From assembly GCA_040285855.1 (NCBI GenBank), contig JAUFOQ010000016.1, positions 2,108,001 through 2,172,000 of the forward strand: DNA of 64,000 nt. Reading direction: 5' to 3'. A model generated the notes under the pieces. It saw only the letters and a list, made by a program, of their open reading frames with translations, was not told the DNA's origin and made no database searches. Source of the stretch: Eukaryota sp. GEM-RC1 (lineage: Eukaryota). Shown here one piece after another: positions 38,875 to 49,175 of this stretch. The position numbers and the translations under genes were made by a program. The number at the start of each line of letters is the position of its first letter. Position 1 is the stretch's first letter.

Positions 38875-41580
38875 TTAAACATTGTTAAGCTGAAGATCAT
38901 TCCATAATTGTTCTAGTAAAGACATACGAACTTTCGATCCCATTAACTTCGTAAAAGGATGGTGATCTTTTCGCAGTAGTTCAAGGACAGTAGGATTGTC
39001 AAGATCAACTACAGACTTGAGAAGCAAAATATCATTGAGACAAACAGTTTCCGAATTGTTTAAAAATTTCATAAAAGACTGAACAAACATTGAACAATTA
39101 ATCTCCACCATTAGCTTAACCAAGTCAAAAGTAGAGAGAACTGCATGGTCCTTAAGAATCTCCTTGACCACAAAAGGACCAGGGAATTGACAGCTCATCA
39201 ATGTCAACAAGAGTGTCCAAAATGAATTAGAACAAGAGAGGGAATTCTTAGAGAAAATGCCAGTGGAAGACAATTTGAGTAACAAATTTGAATAATCTAG
39301 AGCCACAGGATCTCCAGCATCTTCGAGAATCTGGAATGTTAAAAGATTAATAACTTGAGTTAAAACAGTGTCAACACTGGCAATTTCAATAACTGATGGA
39401 TTTGAACAAATGAAATCCAAATATGAATAGAAACTTGAATCTTGATTAGTAGAATTATCTAGCAAATTTTTAAAAGATGACAATCCATCACGTGAGAATG
39501 ATTGACAGAAACTATCAGAATTATAGTGAAGACTTGGTCTGACATGTTCTGATGATTCTTTGGAGGTACTAAACTCAGTGATTTTAAATTTTTGAAAAAC
39601 TTCCTTACAAATTTCAGATAGCAGAAGACTTAGATTTGCATCATCAAGTCGTTTCACATAATCTTCAACGTACTTATTAGCTGGATTTTTAAAAAATTCA
39701 GCTGAAAAGTGAGTCAAATAACAAAGTATTCCATGAACATAATTCAAATTTTCAAACCGATCTTGCTTAATTACACTATCTAAAATATTTAAATTTTCAC
39801 CTGCAGCTGAGAACAAAACCCCAGCAGAAGCAAATCTAAGATATCCATTGGGATGACTTAGAAAAGATCGTGTAATACCGATAATAAAATTTAAATTATT
39901 TGAAATATCAGAATCTGCTTTTGGGACAAACAAAGGATTAAACTTCATATCACATAATAACGAAAGTCCTGCAAAAACACATTGAAGTGACGACGAGCTC
40001 AAAAACAACATAACAATTCTAAAACATGAATAATTTTGTAATATTTTGGTCAAATTAATGCTAGTTTTTAATCCAGGTCTAACTGAAGAAATCAAGCGTG
40101 TTCGTAGTTTTGAAGTGAGATGAAAAAATGCATTAAATAGAACGTATTTAGTAGGGAGTGTGGTCTGTTCAACTTTAAAAATAGCGGACTCAATTAATTG
40201 AAATAATTCAAAATTTTGAATTATAGAATATTTAGAACTGAACAAATGATTGGACAGCAGAGAACATAAAATCAGAAAAACTTTCGAAACATTGTCCAAC
40301 AGTACATCAGTAAGCAACTGTTCTTCAGAAACAAAGATTTTTAGCACGCTGATTACAACTTCAATAATTTCAGATATTTCCGTTGTATCAAGGTAATTCA
40401 AACCAATCACAATCAATCTAGCAAATGAGCCTGTTCTCTTCTTGAGTGGAGAACTACACGATGAAACGTGATTTCTGACCAAGTCAAACAGAAAACCCTT
40501 GACTTCTTTGGAAGAAACCACAGTCAAAATAGAATCAAGACTAGAAACAAGAGCATCGTTAAAAGACGGATGTACAGTAAGCGTGCCAATGTCAAATACA
40601 GCTTCTATGTAGGAATACAGAAAACCAAAACTATCAGCGGTTAAGTTGCTGTTAAGAAAACGAAGTATAGCGTCAGTACTGCATTGAACTAACTTGACTG
40701 CCGCCCTCCAAGTAGTCTGAGGAAGTAGTGAAGGGAGAGCAGGGAGGGAGGGGAGGGAGGAAACGTTGAAGAAGTAAGCGTCGACTTGACAAAGACAACG
40801 AGAGATGAAGGAGGAGATGAGAGAGGAGATGGTGGTAATAGCAGATGGAACATCAGAAGTTGGAATAGAAGAGAGAGAAAGAGAGATTAGAGCAGGGAAG
40901 GACTGTATGGTATCCTTGGAGATCAGTTCAAGATCTTCAGCAAGTGGCGATGACAGTCGTTTCAAGCAATCAATCAGACCTTCCAAAGGGGAAGTGCTAC
41001 AAGAAGGGTAGTAGGATAAAAGTAGCTCATTCATATATAGGGAGTCTCGAAAGCAATCCATCAGGATTGTAAGAGATCCGTCTACTATGAAAGGATCAGA
41101 TGAAGACAAAAAAGAGAAGAGTAGGTCTATTGAATCATTGGAATGTTCAATGAAAGGTAATAAAGAAGATAGAAAAACTCTGTTTGTTGAAGATGAATGG
41201 AGAAAAAGGTCAATGACGGTTGGTGAATGGAACAAATCAGGAAACAGTGAATCTAAAGAAGATAGAATGGATGGTTTGCCTATGGAGGAGTTAGTCTCTG
41301 GGATACATAACGACAGTTGATGTAACAACTTGGAAGAACAGAGAGAAAAGGGAGAATTAGGGTGACTTTGGAAGAGTAAATGATCAACTAATGGTCGGAA
41401 AAGAGAGATATCAGAAGGTGCAGAACGTTCCGCCAACCGTTGAGTTATACGGAGAAGTTCAGCAATATCACATCGTCTCTGAATTTCTGTGTGACGAGGA
41501 AGATCCAGTAGAAGAGGAGCTAATTCCTCAGCAGTTATTCGCTTTTTAGACGAAGATCTGATATGTGCGAGGTCGTGCAT
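38875..41580 (-). CDS. Hypothetical 901-aa alpha-helical (ARM/HEAT-like) protein
   Basis: Uninterrupted 2.7-kb ORF with Leu/Ser-rich helical character; no diagnostic motif. Confidence 0.75.
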   Translation of the reverse strand: MHDLAHIRSSSKKRITAEELAPLLLDLPRHTEIQRRCDIAELLRITQRLAERSAPSDISLFRPLVDHLLFQSHPNSPFSLCSSKLLHQLSLCIPETNSSIGKPSILSSLDSLFPDLFHSPTVIDLFLHSSSTNRVFLSSLLPFIEHSNDSIDLLFSFLSSSDPFIVDGSLTILMDCFRDSLYMNELLLSYYPSCSTSPLEGLIDCLKRLSSPLAEDLELISKDTIQSFPALISLSLSSIPTSDVPSAITTISSLISSFISRCLCQVDAYFFNVSSLPSLPALPSLLPQTTWRAAVKLVQCSTDAILRFLNSNLTADSFGFLYSYIEAVFDIGTLTVHPSFNDALVSSLDSILTVVSSKEVKGFLFDLVRNHVSSCSSPLKKRTGSFARLIVIGLNYLDTTEISEIIEVVISVLKIFVSEEQLLTDVLLDNVSKVFLILCSLLSNHLFSSKYSIIQNFELFQLIESAIFKVEQTTLPTKYVLFNAFFHLTSKLRTRLISSVRPGLKTSINLTKILQNYSCFRIVMLFLSSSSLQCVFAGLSLLCDMKFNPLFVPKADSDISNNLNFIIGITRSFLSHPNGYLRFASAGVLFSAAGENLNILDSVIKQDRFENLNYVHGILCYLTHFSAEFFKNPANKYVEDYVKRLDDANLSLLLSEICKEVFQKFKITEFSTSKESSEHVRPSLHYNSDSFCQSFSRDGLSSFKNLLDNSTNQDSSFYSYLDFICSNPSVIEIASVDTVLTQVINLLTFQILEDAGDPVALDYSNLLLKLSSTGIFSKNSLSCSNSFWTLLLTLMSCQFPGPFVVKEILKDHAVLSTFDLVKLMVEINCSMFVQSFMKFLNNSETVCLNDILLLKSVVDLDNPTVLELLRKDHHPFTKLMGSKVRMSLLEQLWNDLQLNNV

Positions 41581-41582
41581 AA

Positions 41583-42097
41583 ATGTTTTTGAAACCCAAA
41601 CTCGCTCAAGATGCGCTCTTCACGCTTTAAACAACTTTTTCCAACGTTCTGAAGTGTCATTAGATGAATTAGAAGCCATTGCTGCTTCTCTCTCACCAAA
41701 TTCTTTATTTTCCCCACATCATTCTTGGTTCAAATGGGGAAACTATGATATCAACGTTATTTCCATTGCACTGCAAAAACGAAATTACTGTATTGAGTAC
41801 TTCGACAAACGTTTACCTCTGAAAGACATCTTTTCCAGTTCAACCACCTCTTCCGCCCTTCTCCTGAATTTCCGTTGCTGGTCAGACTTCATTCCATTCA
41901 AAAAAACCCGTCATTGGGTTACTATACTATGTAAACAAGATGACTGCTTCATCAACATGGATTCCAAACTAAGAGAACCTCTGTCACTTAACAAAGAATC
42001 TCTACTAGAATATCTGGAATCTCTTGAGGATTTACAAGTTCTTGTCATTAAACAAGAGCTTGATTCTCATCAAGACTGTAGTTTAGAAGAAGCGTAA
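41583..42097 (+). CDS. Josephin-domain deubiquitinase (JOSD1/2-like); probable missing T in T5 41586-41590
   Basis: In frame upstream of ORF 41654: ETQTRSRCALHALNN (catalytic Cys), then GNYDINVI, RHWVTI and NMDSKL. Confidence 0.85.
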
Positions 42098-42741
42098 CAT
42101 GAACGTTGAAGATCCAGGTGGATTAGCACTGCGCTGGTTGATTCTAGCAGATGAACAGTATTGTCACTAAAACCACAGGGAGAAATGATGATCATTTTGG
42201 CTGCAAAATGAAGAAACAAAAATAAAACTGTTAAATTGTCAATATTTGTAAGGAGAATCGTTATACCGCCAAACAATGACATCATGGACAATGGGAATAT
42301 GAAGTTAAATGAAATCAAATGGATTGAAATTGAGCAGTTTGAGATTAAAAGAAATAATATAGAAGTGACTAAAATACCAAAAAAGAAGCGACACAGACCA
42401 TTGGATAAACTAGTAGGTCGATGTTCAACTGCTGATACCACAGCAGAAAGTGTAAGAAGAAGTGTAGTAGTTAAGGACGAGAGACGTGTCCAGTAGTGAT
42501 GAAGTGATGACACAAAGAAGAGCGAGTGTAAAAGAAGTAATGAAGAAAAACGCCACACTGAAAACGACAAGTTCTTGTGCATTTTGAGAAGGAGAACTAG
42601 GGAAGATAAATGACAGAGAACGGTGAGACATATGTGACCAAAAGAAAGAAAACAGACCAAATAAGCCAGAGCTACAGCAAACAATGCTTCAATTGATCGG
42701 GGTAGGTAAACTTCTGGTCTTATCTGATGCCTAGAGTGCAT
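42070..42741 (-). CDS. Multi-pass membrane protein, unknown function
   Basis: 223-aa ORF with several long hydrophobic segments. Confidence 0.6.
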   Translation of the reverse strand: MHSRHQIRPEVYLPRSIEALFAVALAYLVCFLSFGHICLTVLCHLSSLVLLLKMHKNLSFSVWRFSSLLLLHSLFFVSSLHHYWTRLSSLTTTLLLTLSAVVSAVEHRPTSLSNGLCRFFFGILVTSILFLLISNCSISIHLISFNFIFPLSMMSLFGGITILLTNIDNLTVLFLFLHFAAKMIIISPCGFSDNTVHLLESTSAVLIHLDLQRSCYASSKLQS

Positions 42742-43844
42742 AAGTAGTTTTCATTTTGGGTGAATATCCCCACACACCCAATTCCCACAAACTCTTTTTA
42801 CTTATGGGATATACTTTTGGAATACTTTGGGACTCAAGACTCGACTTAACGAGCATGTCTATCCACGCTTCGGAAGACACCAAAGTGAGGGATGTTTGGT
42901 CCTATCTCTGGATGGGGACGATCCATCTTCTGATGAGTCATCAGAGACTCTGATGATGCTTCTGTGAGGATCCTCTTGCGTGAATTTTATTCCCCTTCCC
43001 TTTCCTCTCCCCAACAATTCCCCCATCTCCTCTTCTGTGGTCTGTTGTGTCCTTTTATACATGCCATTATCCTTCCTAAGGTTATCTGAAGTACAATCTA
43101 GTGCAGAACTTCACTTCCTTCGTATTCAATCGAGGTAGCTTCTTTCTTCCATTAAAGTAAGTTGAAGTTGTATTTCCCATATGTGATTTTAAATTTCTGA
43201 GATAAATATTGTTTATTCGTAATTAGAACCAACCAATGTGTGCTGCAAATAGGGATCATTACCTACCGATATATTTGTCTCGCAAAGGCAGTTGCTTCTG
43301 CAATTTCCAATTGTTTAGTAATATAACCATTGGGTTTTTAAGACTGTATATCATTGGTCTATCGCACAGTAGCAATAATCAGTCATATAGAATGCTTAAA
43401 GAGAGGACTGGATGTTGTCACACTTGTTTTCAAGGTGTTTGAGAGAAGTCAAAATGAAGTAAAAGTAGGAACAAAGGAAGATCTGATGATGGGGACTGAG
43501 TGTTTCTAAAAGGAAGACGAGTCTTGAGTTTCTGGCAAAAGACTTCTGATCATTGTAGCCTGAATAGAGACCGGAAAAGGCGCATCTTAAAAGATAGAAT
43601 CGTGAATGAAACTAACATGAAGATATTCTGAGAGAGTGAGGTATAATGACTAAAATTGTTGAGAGGAGGTAAGATAGTTGTACACCGTATCTAGAGAAGG
43701 AGACAAAGTTTTGCCATAAATTAACCGAGTTGTAAAGTGGAAAGTAAACTGTTGACAAACTAACAATCAAGTAGGAAACTGAATCCTGTCGAGAGGAAAG
43801 TGACGAGAACGAATCACAATGTCGACAATTGTTATTTCCTTCCC

Positions 43845-44790
43845 ATGTCTCCTGTCAGTCTTCCCGAAGTAGTTCACGGCCCGGAGTATACACTTTATCC
43901 TTGTGGTTCATCCTCTCACAACCATGGTGACACTATATTTCCCCCGCCTCTTAAGAAGTCTCACCTGTCTTCTGTAGATGACATCCCACTGTATTGCCTT
44001 ATTGATTTTAAAACGGTCATTACCGATAGTGAACGACTTACTCCACTCCTTTTCAATGTTAAGAAGAAATCTCTTCCGAAATGCACTACTACAGAATCTT
44101 CAACAGAAATTGTTTCTGAAGAACAAGAGGCTGCTGAAGTTCCAACAATCAGTGAAGAAATTGAAGTGTCCAGGCCAGAGCTGGTACCAAATGCGGAGGA
44201 TGATCAAATCATCCTTATTGTCCTCACATTTATTTACACCAATTTCGTTTCTACTGTTGTCATCAGTACCAAAAAAACAAGTGATTTTGATGGTGTTCAA
44301 ACAATTACTTTTCCATCAGAAGAAGTCATGATTAATGGTCTTATATCTTTACTGTCCGAGAAAAAGCCTAGATTGCTTATAAGTTATAACTCTGAAAAAT
44401 TTTTGTTCCCGTTTTTAATTGCACGATGTAAACTTTGGAACATCTCCACCACATTTAATGTGGATAGGCCATTCAGGCCTTTTATTCCCATCTGGTTCTA
44501 TAGATGGTGTAAGCAAAGCGAATTTGGACCATTTATTTCCCTTAACATGACAAATGTTGTAAAGTCAACCTATGTTTTCAAAGGTGGTAGAGGTTTAGAA
44601 AATGTTTGCTCCAAATTGTTTCAAAAGGCAATACCTAATTTATTTTTATCACCAACTGAATTCAAACCTTACTTCCAACCAATTCAAAAAAATCCTAAAA
44701 ATATCAACGGTTAGCCCTGAACGGAAGAGGGAGTTTACTTTGCTTGCTCAAAATATTAAAACTTCCAAGTTATGGATGGATGACAGAAAA
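43845..44790 (+). CDS. Degenerate family-B DNA polymerase 3'-5' exonuclease-like domain (probably the N-terminus of the Fanzor ORF)
   Basis: Motif order matches PolB Exo: LIDFKT (ExoI-like), DDQIILI, FPSEEVMI..KPRLLISYNSEKFLFPFLIAR (ExoII YNxxxFDxPxLxxR-like), ISLNM..GLENVCSKL. Catalytic Glu and Asp are substituted. Confidence 0.65.
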
Positions 44791-44859
44791 CGCAACTCTC
44801 TGGTTGAAGATTTGCTGAACAAAATTAAGATGTTGTCCGAATTGAAGAATTATTTTTTG

Positions 44860-47701
44860 ATGAAGAAATTCAGCTTGTTTTAGACCGCCCTCCGATTAAA
44901 GTCGTAAAAAAAGGATTGGATAAGGTTTTCAGAGATTATGAAAACATTCAATTAATTAAAATCTGTTCTAAACGAAATCAAAAAAGCAACTGTGAGGGGG
45001 AACCACCTTCTTGAAGCATTTGCTTCTACGTGAATTTGAAGATTTTGGAAGAATCGAAGCTGAATCAATAGTCAAAGAAAGAGAATTGATGTTACTGCAC
45101 GATGACCCTTCGTTGTCCATGATTGGAAATGATTCTGAGTCTTCTGAGAATTGTAATATCTGCTATAATTACAAAGACTTTTCGGTTCGCTTACCAGATT
45201 TGAGTCCTTTTTTGGCTCTTGGATCAATAAGGCACGTTCTCCGACGAATGTATGTGGAGAAAAAAAGGCTTGCGGTATTTCCGACTTGAAAATGTCAAAA
45301 ATAGAAGCAGAAGCAGTTTTACAAAATGAAAAATTTGATCATTCTTTGGAAACAAAAAATCGCATTGCACTACTGTAATAATTTTTATCCAATTCTTGAC
45401 TCTCTGTCTCATGAAATTGGAACTAACAACATTTCTTTTCCTAATTTGGATTTTATGTCAGGCATTTATCATTATACGGCTAAACAAATTGAAACCAATT
45501 ATGCTAACAATTTGGCGAAATACTTCCACAACTATGTCTTTCGCTACTTTAACATTGTTACGTTGAAGAACTATCGTCTTAAACAAATTAAAGAGCAACA
45601 CTTAAAGAAGGAATTGAAATCAAAATTAAATTCCATCAGAGAACTGATTATTGATGGAAACTTTGAAGACATTCCAATTGATGATCATATCATTTTCCCC
45701 TTCCCGCAATCAGAATTGACTTTAATCTTTTTTGCATATTTGAAATTCTGTTTGTTCCCTACCATTGCCAAAGGCAAGAATCTTTACTACGCTCAGAAAG
45801 TCAAGCCACTACAATTTCTTTCTCATGCTGTTTATATCAACAGAATCATTCAGTCTTTTTGTTCAATTGATGGAAAACCCTTAAAGGTTAATAATCCGTT
45901 CCCAATGACCAAGACGTTGCTCCCACAGCATATTAGATTAGATACTGCTTGGATAAACCAAAGAGTTTTAAATTTGAAAGGTTCCGCTAACGTTATTCGA
46001 AAGGAAGTATTTGACTCTGTACTTACCTAAACTGCTATTACATCATCAGGATCATTTGGTCTGAAGTATTCTTCGATTGTAACAGATGGCATTTCCTGTT
46101 CCTTGGTTATGATTCGAAAAGATTTGCTGGATGAAAACGGTAACACCTTTGAAGATTTTACCGCAAAACCACTAATATCTTCGGAAAGATATATTGACTC
46201 TTTAACGTCGGAAGACATTGAAAAAATGAACCTGACAGAAAAGAGAATAATTGGCATTGACCCGAATGAATATGACTTGATGTTTTGCGTATCTCCAAAA
46301 ACAAATGAAGAGATATTAGTTGAAGAATTTTCTTGTTCCGACAACAGTCCCACGAAAAAACGGCTACCTTCAGAAATGAGACTGAAACAGAAAGGTGGTA
46401 TTAAAAAAAGAAAAAAACAATTGAACCAATGGAGACAAACCCCATCTCAACGAGTACGACTGAAACCAAACCACTTTTTGACCAGCTTCAGGTACAGTAC
46501 TGGGGAGAGATCATATGACCGAAAAAGCAAGAAATATCGGTTGACTGAAAGAAGAAAACTAAAAACTTCCTTCTTTGAAATTACGAAAACAGAAACTGAA
46601 AGATCGCTCCAAGATTATACAGTCGAAAATTCTAATGGTAGAACTGTTTCTGGTCAAGAAATCCTCGACGAATTTGCTCTTGCCGTCTCTAGAGGACAAC
46701 AAAGGTCCAGTTTCAGTGATGAGTTCGAGACTTACATCAAAGAAGCTGAACGGAGTTGTGTATACCTGAGTGATTTCTATGAAGACGATTGGTTTACGAA
46801 AAGGAAGTTTCAAATTTATTCCAACAATCAACAGAGTGAAAAGAATATGTTGGAAAGGTTTAAATTAACCTATGGATCTCCAGAAGACCTTGTCCTTGGT
46901 TACGGGGATTGGAGTTCTAAGGGAAACACAAGAAAAGGTAAAACTCCAGCTATTAGAGGAGCAGAAATCCGAAGAATGTTAAGAAAATTCGGGTATAAGG
47001 TATTTCTAGTTGACGAATACCGTACCAGCAAGTCCTGTTCAAAGTGTGCTGCTCAAGGACTATTTGGATTATGTACAAATGATCCATCTATCAAAGTTTT
47101 AGGCCCAAGAGGACTGCGTCAAATAAGACGGAAGAAGAAGAAACTCAAGGAAAAAGTACTGGTCTACAACCGTAAGGATCCACCGAAAAAGAGAAGCTTT
47201 GAGGACGAGTGGGAGAAGATAAAGAAGTCCGTAGAAGTAAAAGCAAAGTCAACACCATGGGGGCTGGTAAAATGCAAAAGGTGCAAGACTTATTGGAACA
47301 GAGATCTCAACTCTTCGATAAATATCTATTCCATTATCGAAGCCGCCATCAAAGGTCAAGCTAGACCATCTATTCTCGAGAGATCAAAAACTTTAACAAC
47401 TGATTTCGAGAGTGGTAATGTTACTTTGAAGAGAGATCGAAAAAAGACTGCAGCGAAAAAGACTCGTAAAGAAAGAGAGTGTGGAGAATGTGGACAAACA
47501 GGTCACGACATACGAACATGTCCACAGCTAGATGAGTCAAACCAGGGTTCACCTAAAACTGGATCGAGAAAAAGAAAAGGAGGAACCCCAACGAAGGCAG
47601 TCAAAAGAAGAAGATCTCCCTTGAAGAAATCAGTCCACCATCAACGGTCGGGCAGCGCTATGTGTATGAAGCTATCTCAGTCTCACCGTATCATCTCATA
47701 G
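44860..47701 (+). CDS. Fanzor1 (eukaryotic TnpB-like RNA-guided RuvC endonuclease); disrupted in this sequence by homopolymer frameshifts and one in-frame TAA at 46028-46030
   Basis: IETNYANNL..YFHNYVFR, PFP..LPQHIRLDT, IVTDGISCS, RuvC-I IGIDPN (46259), YGDWS (~46904), RuvC-II VDEYRTSKSCSKC (47012), CKRC and RuvC-III WNRDLNSSINI (47303). Confidence 0.92.
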
Positions 47702-47815
47702 CATAGCGTGTCTGTGATGCCTAAATGGATATGACCAAAGTGGGAGCAGGATTTACTTTGGGAGGATTATCCATTTGGAATGAACTTCACAGATGGAACA
47801 TGAACAAACATCTAG
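47650..47815 (+). ncRNA. Putative Fanzor omegaRNA (scaffold plus guide)
   Basis: Stems cgctatg/catagcg and tatga/tcata span the stop codon; nested stems tctgtga/tcacaga, aaatggata/tatccattt and ccaaagt/actttgg follow. This 3'-end position is canonical for TnpB/Fanzor RNAs. Confidence 0.7.
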
Positions 47816-47846
47816 ATTAATTTTGCAAAATTCGTTTTCCAACAAT

Positions 47847-49175
47847 ATGATTGACATTTGGCTTCTTCGTGATGATAAGGATGGTAATTCTGAAGCTGTA
47901 AGGGAAAGTCAGCGACGTAGATTTGCTGATGTCACTCTTGTTGATCAGGTTATCGATAAGGACAAACAATGGCGTGAATCGGTTGTCAAGAAGGAGAAAC
48001 TTCGTGCTGAGCTCAATAGAACCTCCAAGCAAATCGGCAAACTTGTCAAGGATGGTGAAGACATCACTGAACATCGAGCTACTGTTGCCTCTCTAAAACT
48101 GGAAATCACTCAATTAGACGCTTTTGAAGCCACTCTTCTTTCAGAACGTGATGAAATACTTAAAACCATTGGCAACATTGTTGAGCCCCAAGTTCTTTTC
48201 TCAAACAATGAAGAACAAAACCGTGTCATCTCAACCTTCTCTTCCCCTGAACCCCGCGATCACCCTGCTACCCACAGTCATGTCGACCTTCTCCACATGA
48301 TCGGTGGTGTTGACTACGAACGTGGAACAAAAGTTGGAGGAAGCCGTAGTTATTTCTTGACTGGTCCCGGAGTCAAACTCAACATGGCTCTCATCATGTG
48401 TGGACTTAACTTCCTATCTGATCGGGAATACACTCCCTGTCAAGTTCCTTACCTAGTCAAACCAGAAGTAATGGCAGCTACAGCTCAGTTGTCAGACTTT
48501 GATGATCAACTCTACAACGTAGGTTCAGATAAGGATCTCAAGTATCTCATTGCTACTTCAGAACAGCCTTTGTCCGCTCTGCATCAAGGGGAATGGTTAG
48601 CACCTCAGGATTTGCCAAAGAGATATGCTGGTTTCTCTACTTGTTTTAGGAAGGAAGCAGGAACTCATGGAAGAGATACGTTAGGAATCTTTAGAACTCA
48701 TCAATTTGAAAAGGTAGAGCAGTTTACAGTCACGGAACCTTCTAAATCCAAGGAAATGTTTGATGAGATGATTGGTAATGCTAAGGACTTTATGGAGCTG
48801 TTAGGTCTTCCTTATAGAGAGGTTGAGATTGTTTCAGGTGCATTGAACAACGCTGCAGCTGTTAAACATGATGTTGAAGGGCTTTTCCGACATTCTAATG
48901 TCTATAGAGAACTGGTATCGTGCTCAAACTGTACGGATTATCAGTCAAGAAGACTTGATATTAGGTATAGAAGTGCAGGAAAGTCTGGATCTCTTAAGGG
49001 GCAGGCTAAAGAGTACGTTCATTTGTTGAACTCAACTTTAACGGCTACTGGAAGGACCCTTTGCTGTATATTGGAGCAGTATCAGACCCCTGAGGGTATT
49101 GAGGTTCCAAAGGCATTGGTTCCTTATTTTGGATCTGACTTTATTCCGTTTGTCAAGGCTCCACTGAAGAATTAG
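47847..49175 (+). CDS. SARS1: Cytosolic seryl-tRNA synthetase
   Basis: MIDIWLLRDDKDGNSEAVRESQRRRF, YLIATSEQP, CFRKEAG..GIFRTHQFEKVEQF, ELVSCSNCTDYQSRRL, HLLNSTL. The conserved start is ATG 47847. Confidence 0.97.
   Translation: MIDIWLLRDDKDGNSEAVRESQRRRFADVTLVDQVIDKDKQWRESVVKKEKLRAELNRTSKQIGKLVKDGEDITEHRATVASLKLEITQLDAFEATLLSERDEILKTIGNIVEPQVLFSNNEEQNRVISTFSSPEPRDHPATHSHVDLLHMIGGVDYERGTKVGGSRSYFLTGPGVKLNMALIMCGLNFLSDREYTPCQVPYLVKPEVMAATAQLSDFDDQLYNVGSDKDLKYLIATSEQPLSALHQGEWLAPQDLPKRYAGFSTCFRKEAGTHGRDTLGIFRTHQFEKVEQFTVTEPSKSKEMFDEMIGNAKDFMELLGLPYREVEIVSGALNNAAAVKHDVEGLFRHSNVYRELVSCSNCTDYQSRRLDIRYRSAGKSGSLKGQAKEYVHLLNSTLTATGRTLCCILEQYQTPEGIEVPKALVPYFGSDFIPFVKAPLKN

Noticed and set aside
42929..42958. 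CTGATGA hammerhead core or overlapping palindromes (tctgatgagtcatcagagactctgatga)
   Set aside because: No GAAA after stem II and no cleavage triplet with stems I/III; no further support.
46028..46030. TAA reassigned to Gln (alternative genetic code)
   Set aside because: TAA, TAG and TGA all terminate conserved genes here (UBE2C, SerRS, actin), and long genes contain no in-frame TAR.
46007..46049. A short intron removing the Fanzor in-frame TAA
   Set aside because: Candidate GT..AG pairs are 43 or 31 nt and break the frame; the unspliced sequence is colinear with the Fanzor IxTDG region.
47791..47815. Helitron-like 3' end (hairpin then CTAG)
   Set aside because: CTAG is followed by A rather than the expected T, and there is no Rep/helicase or matching 5' end.
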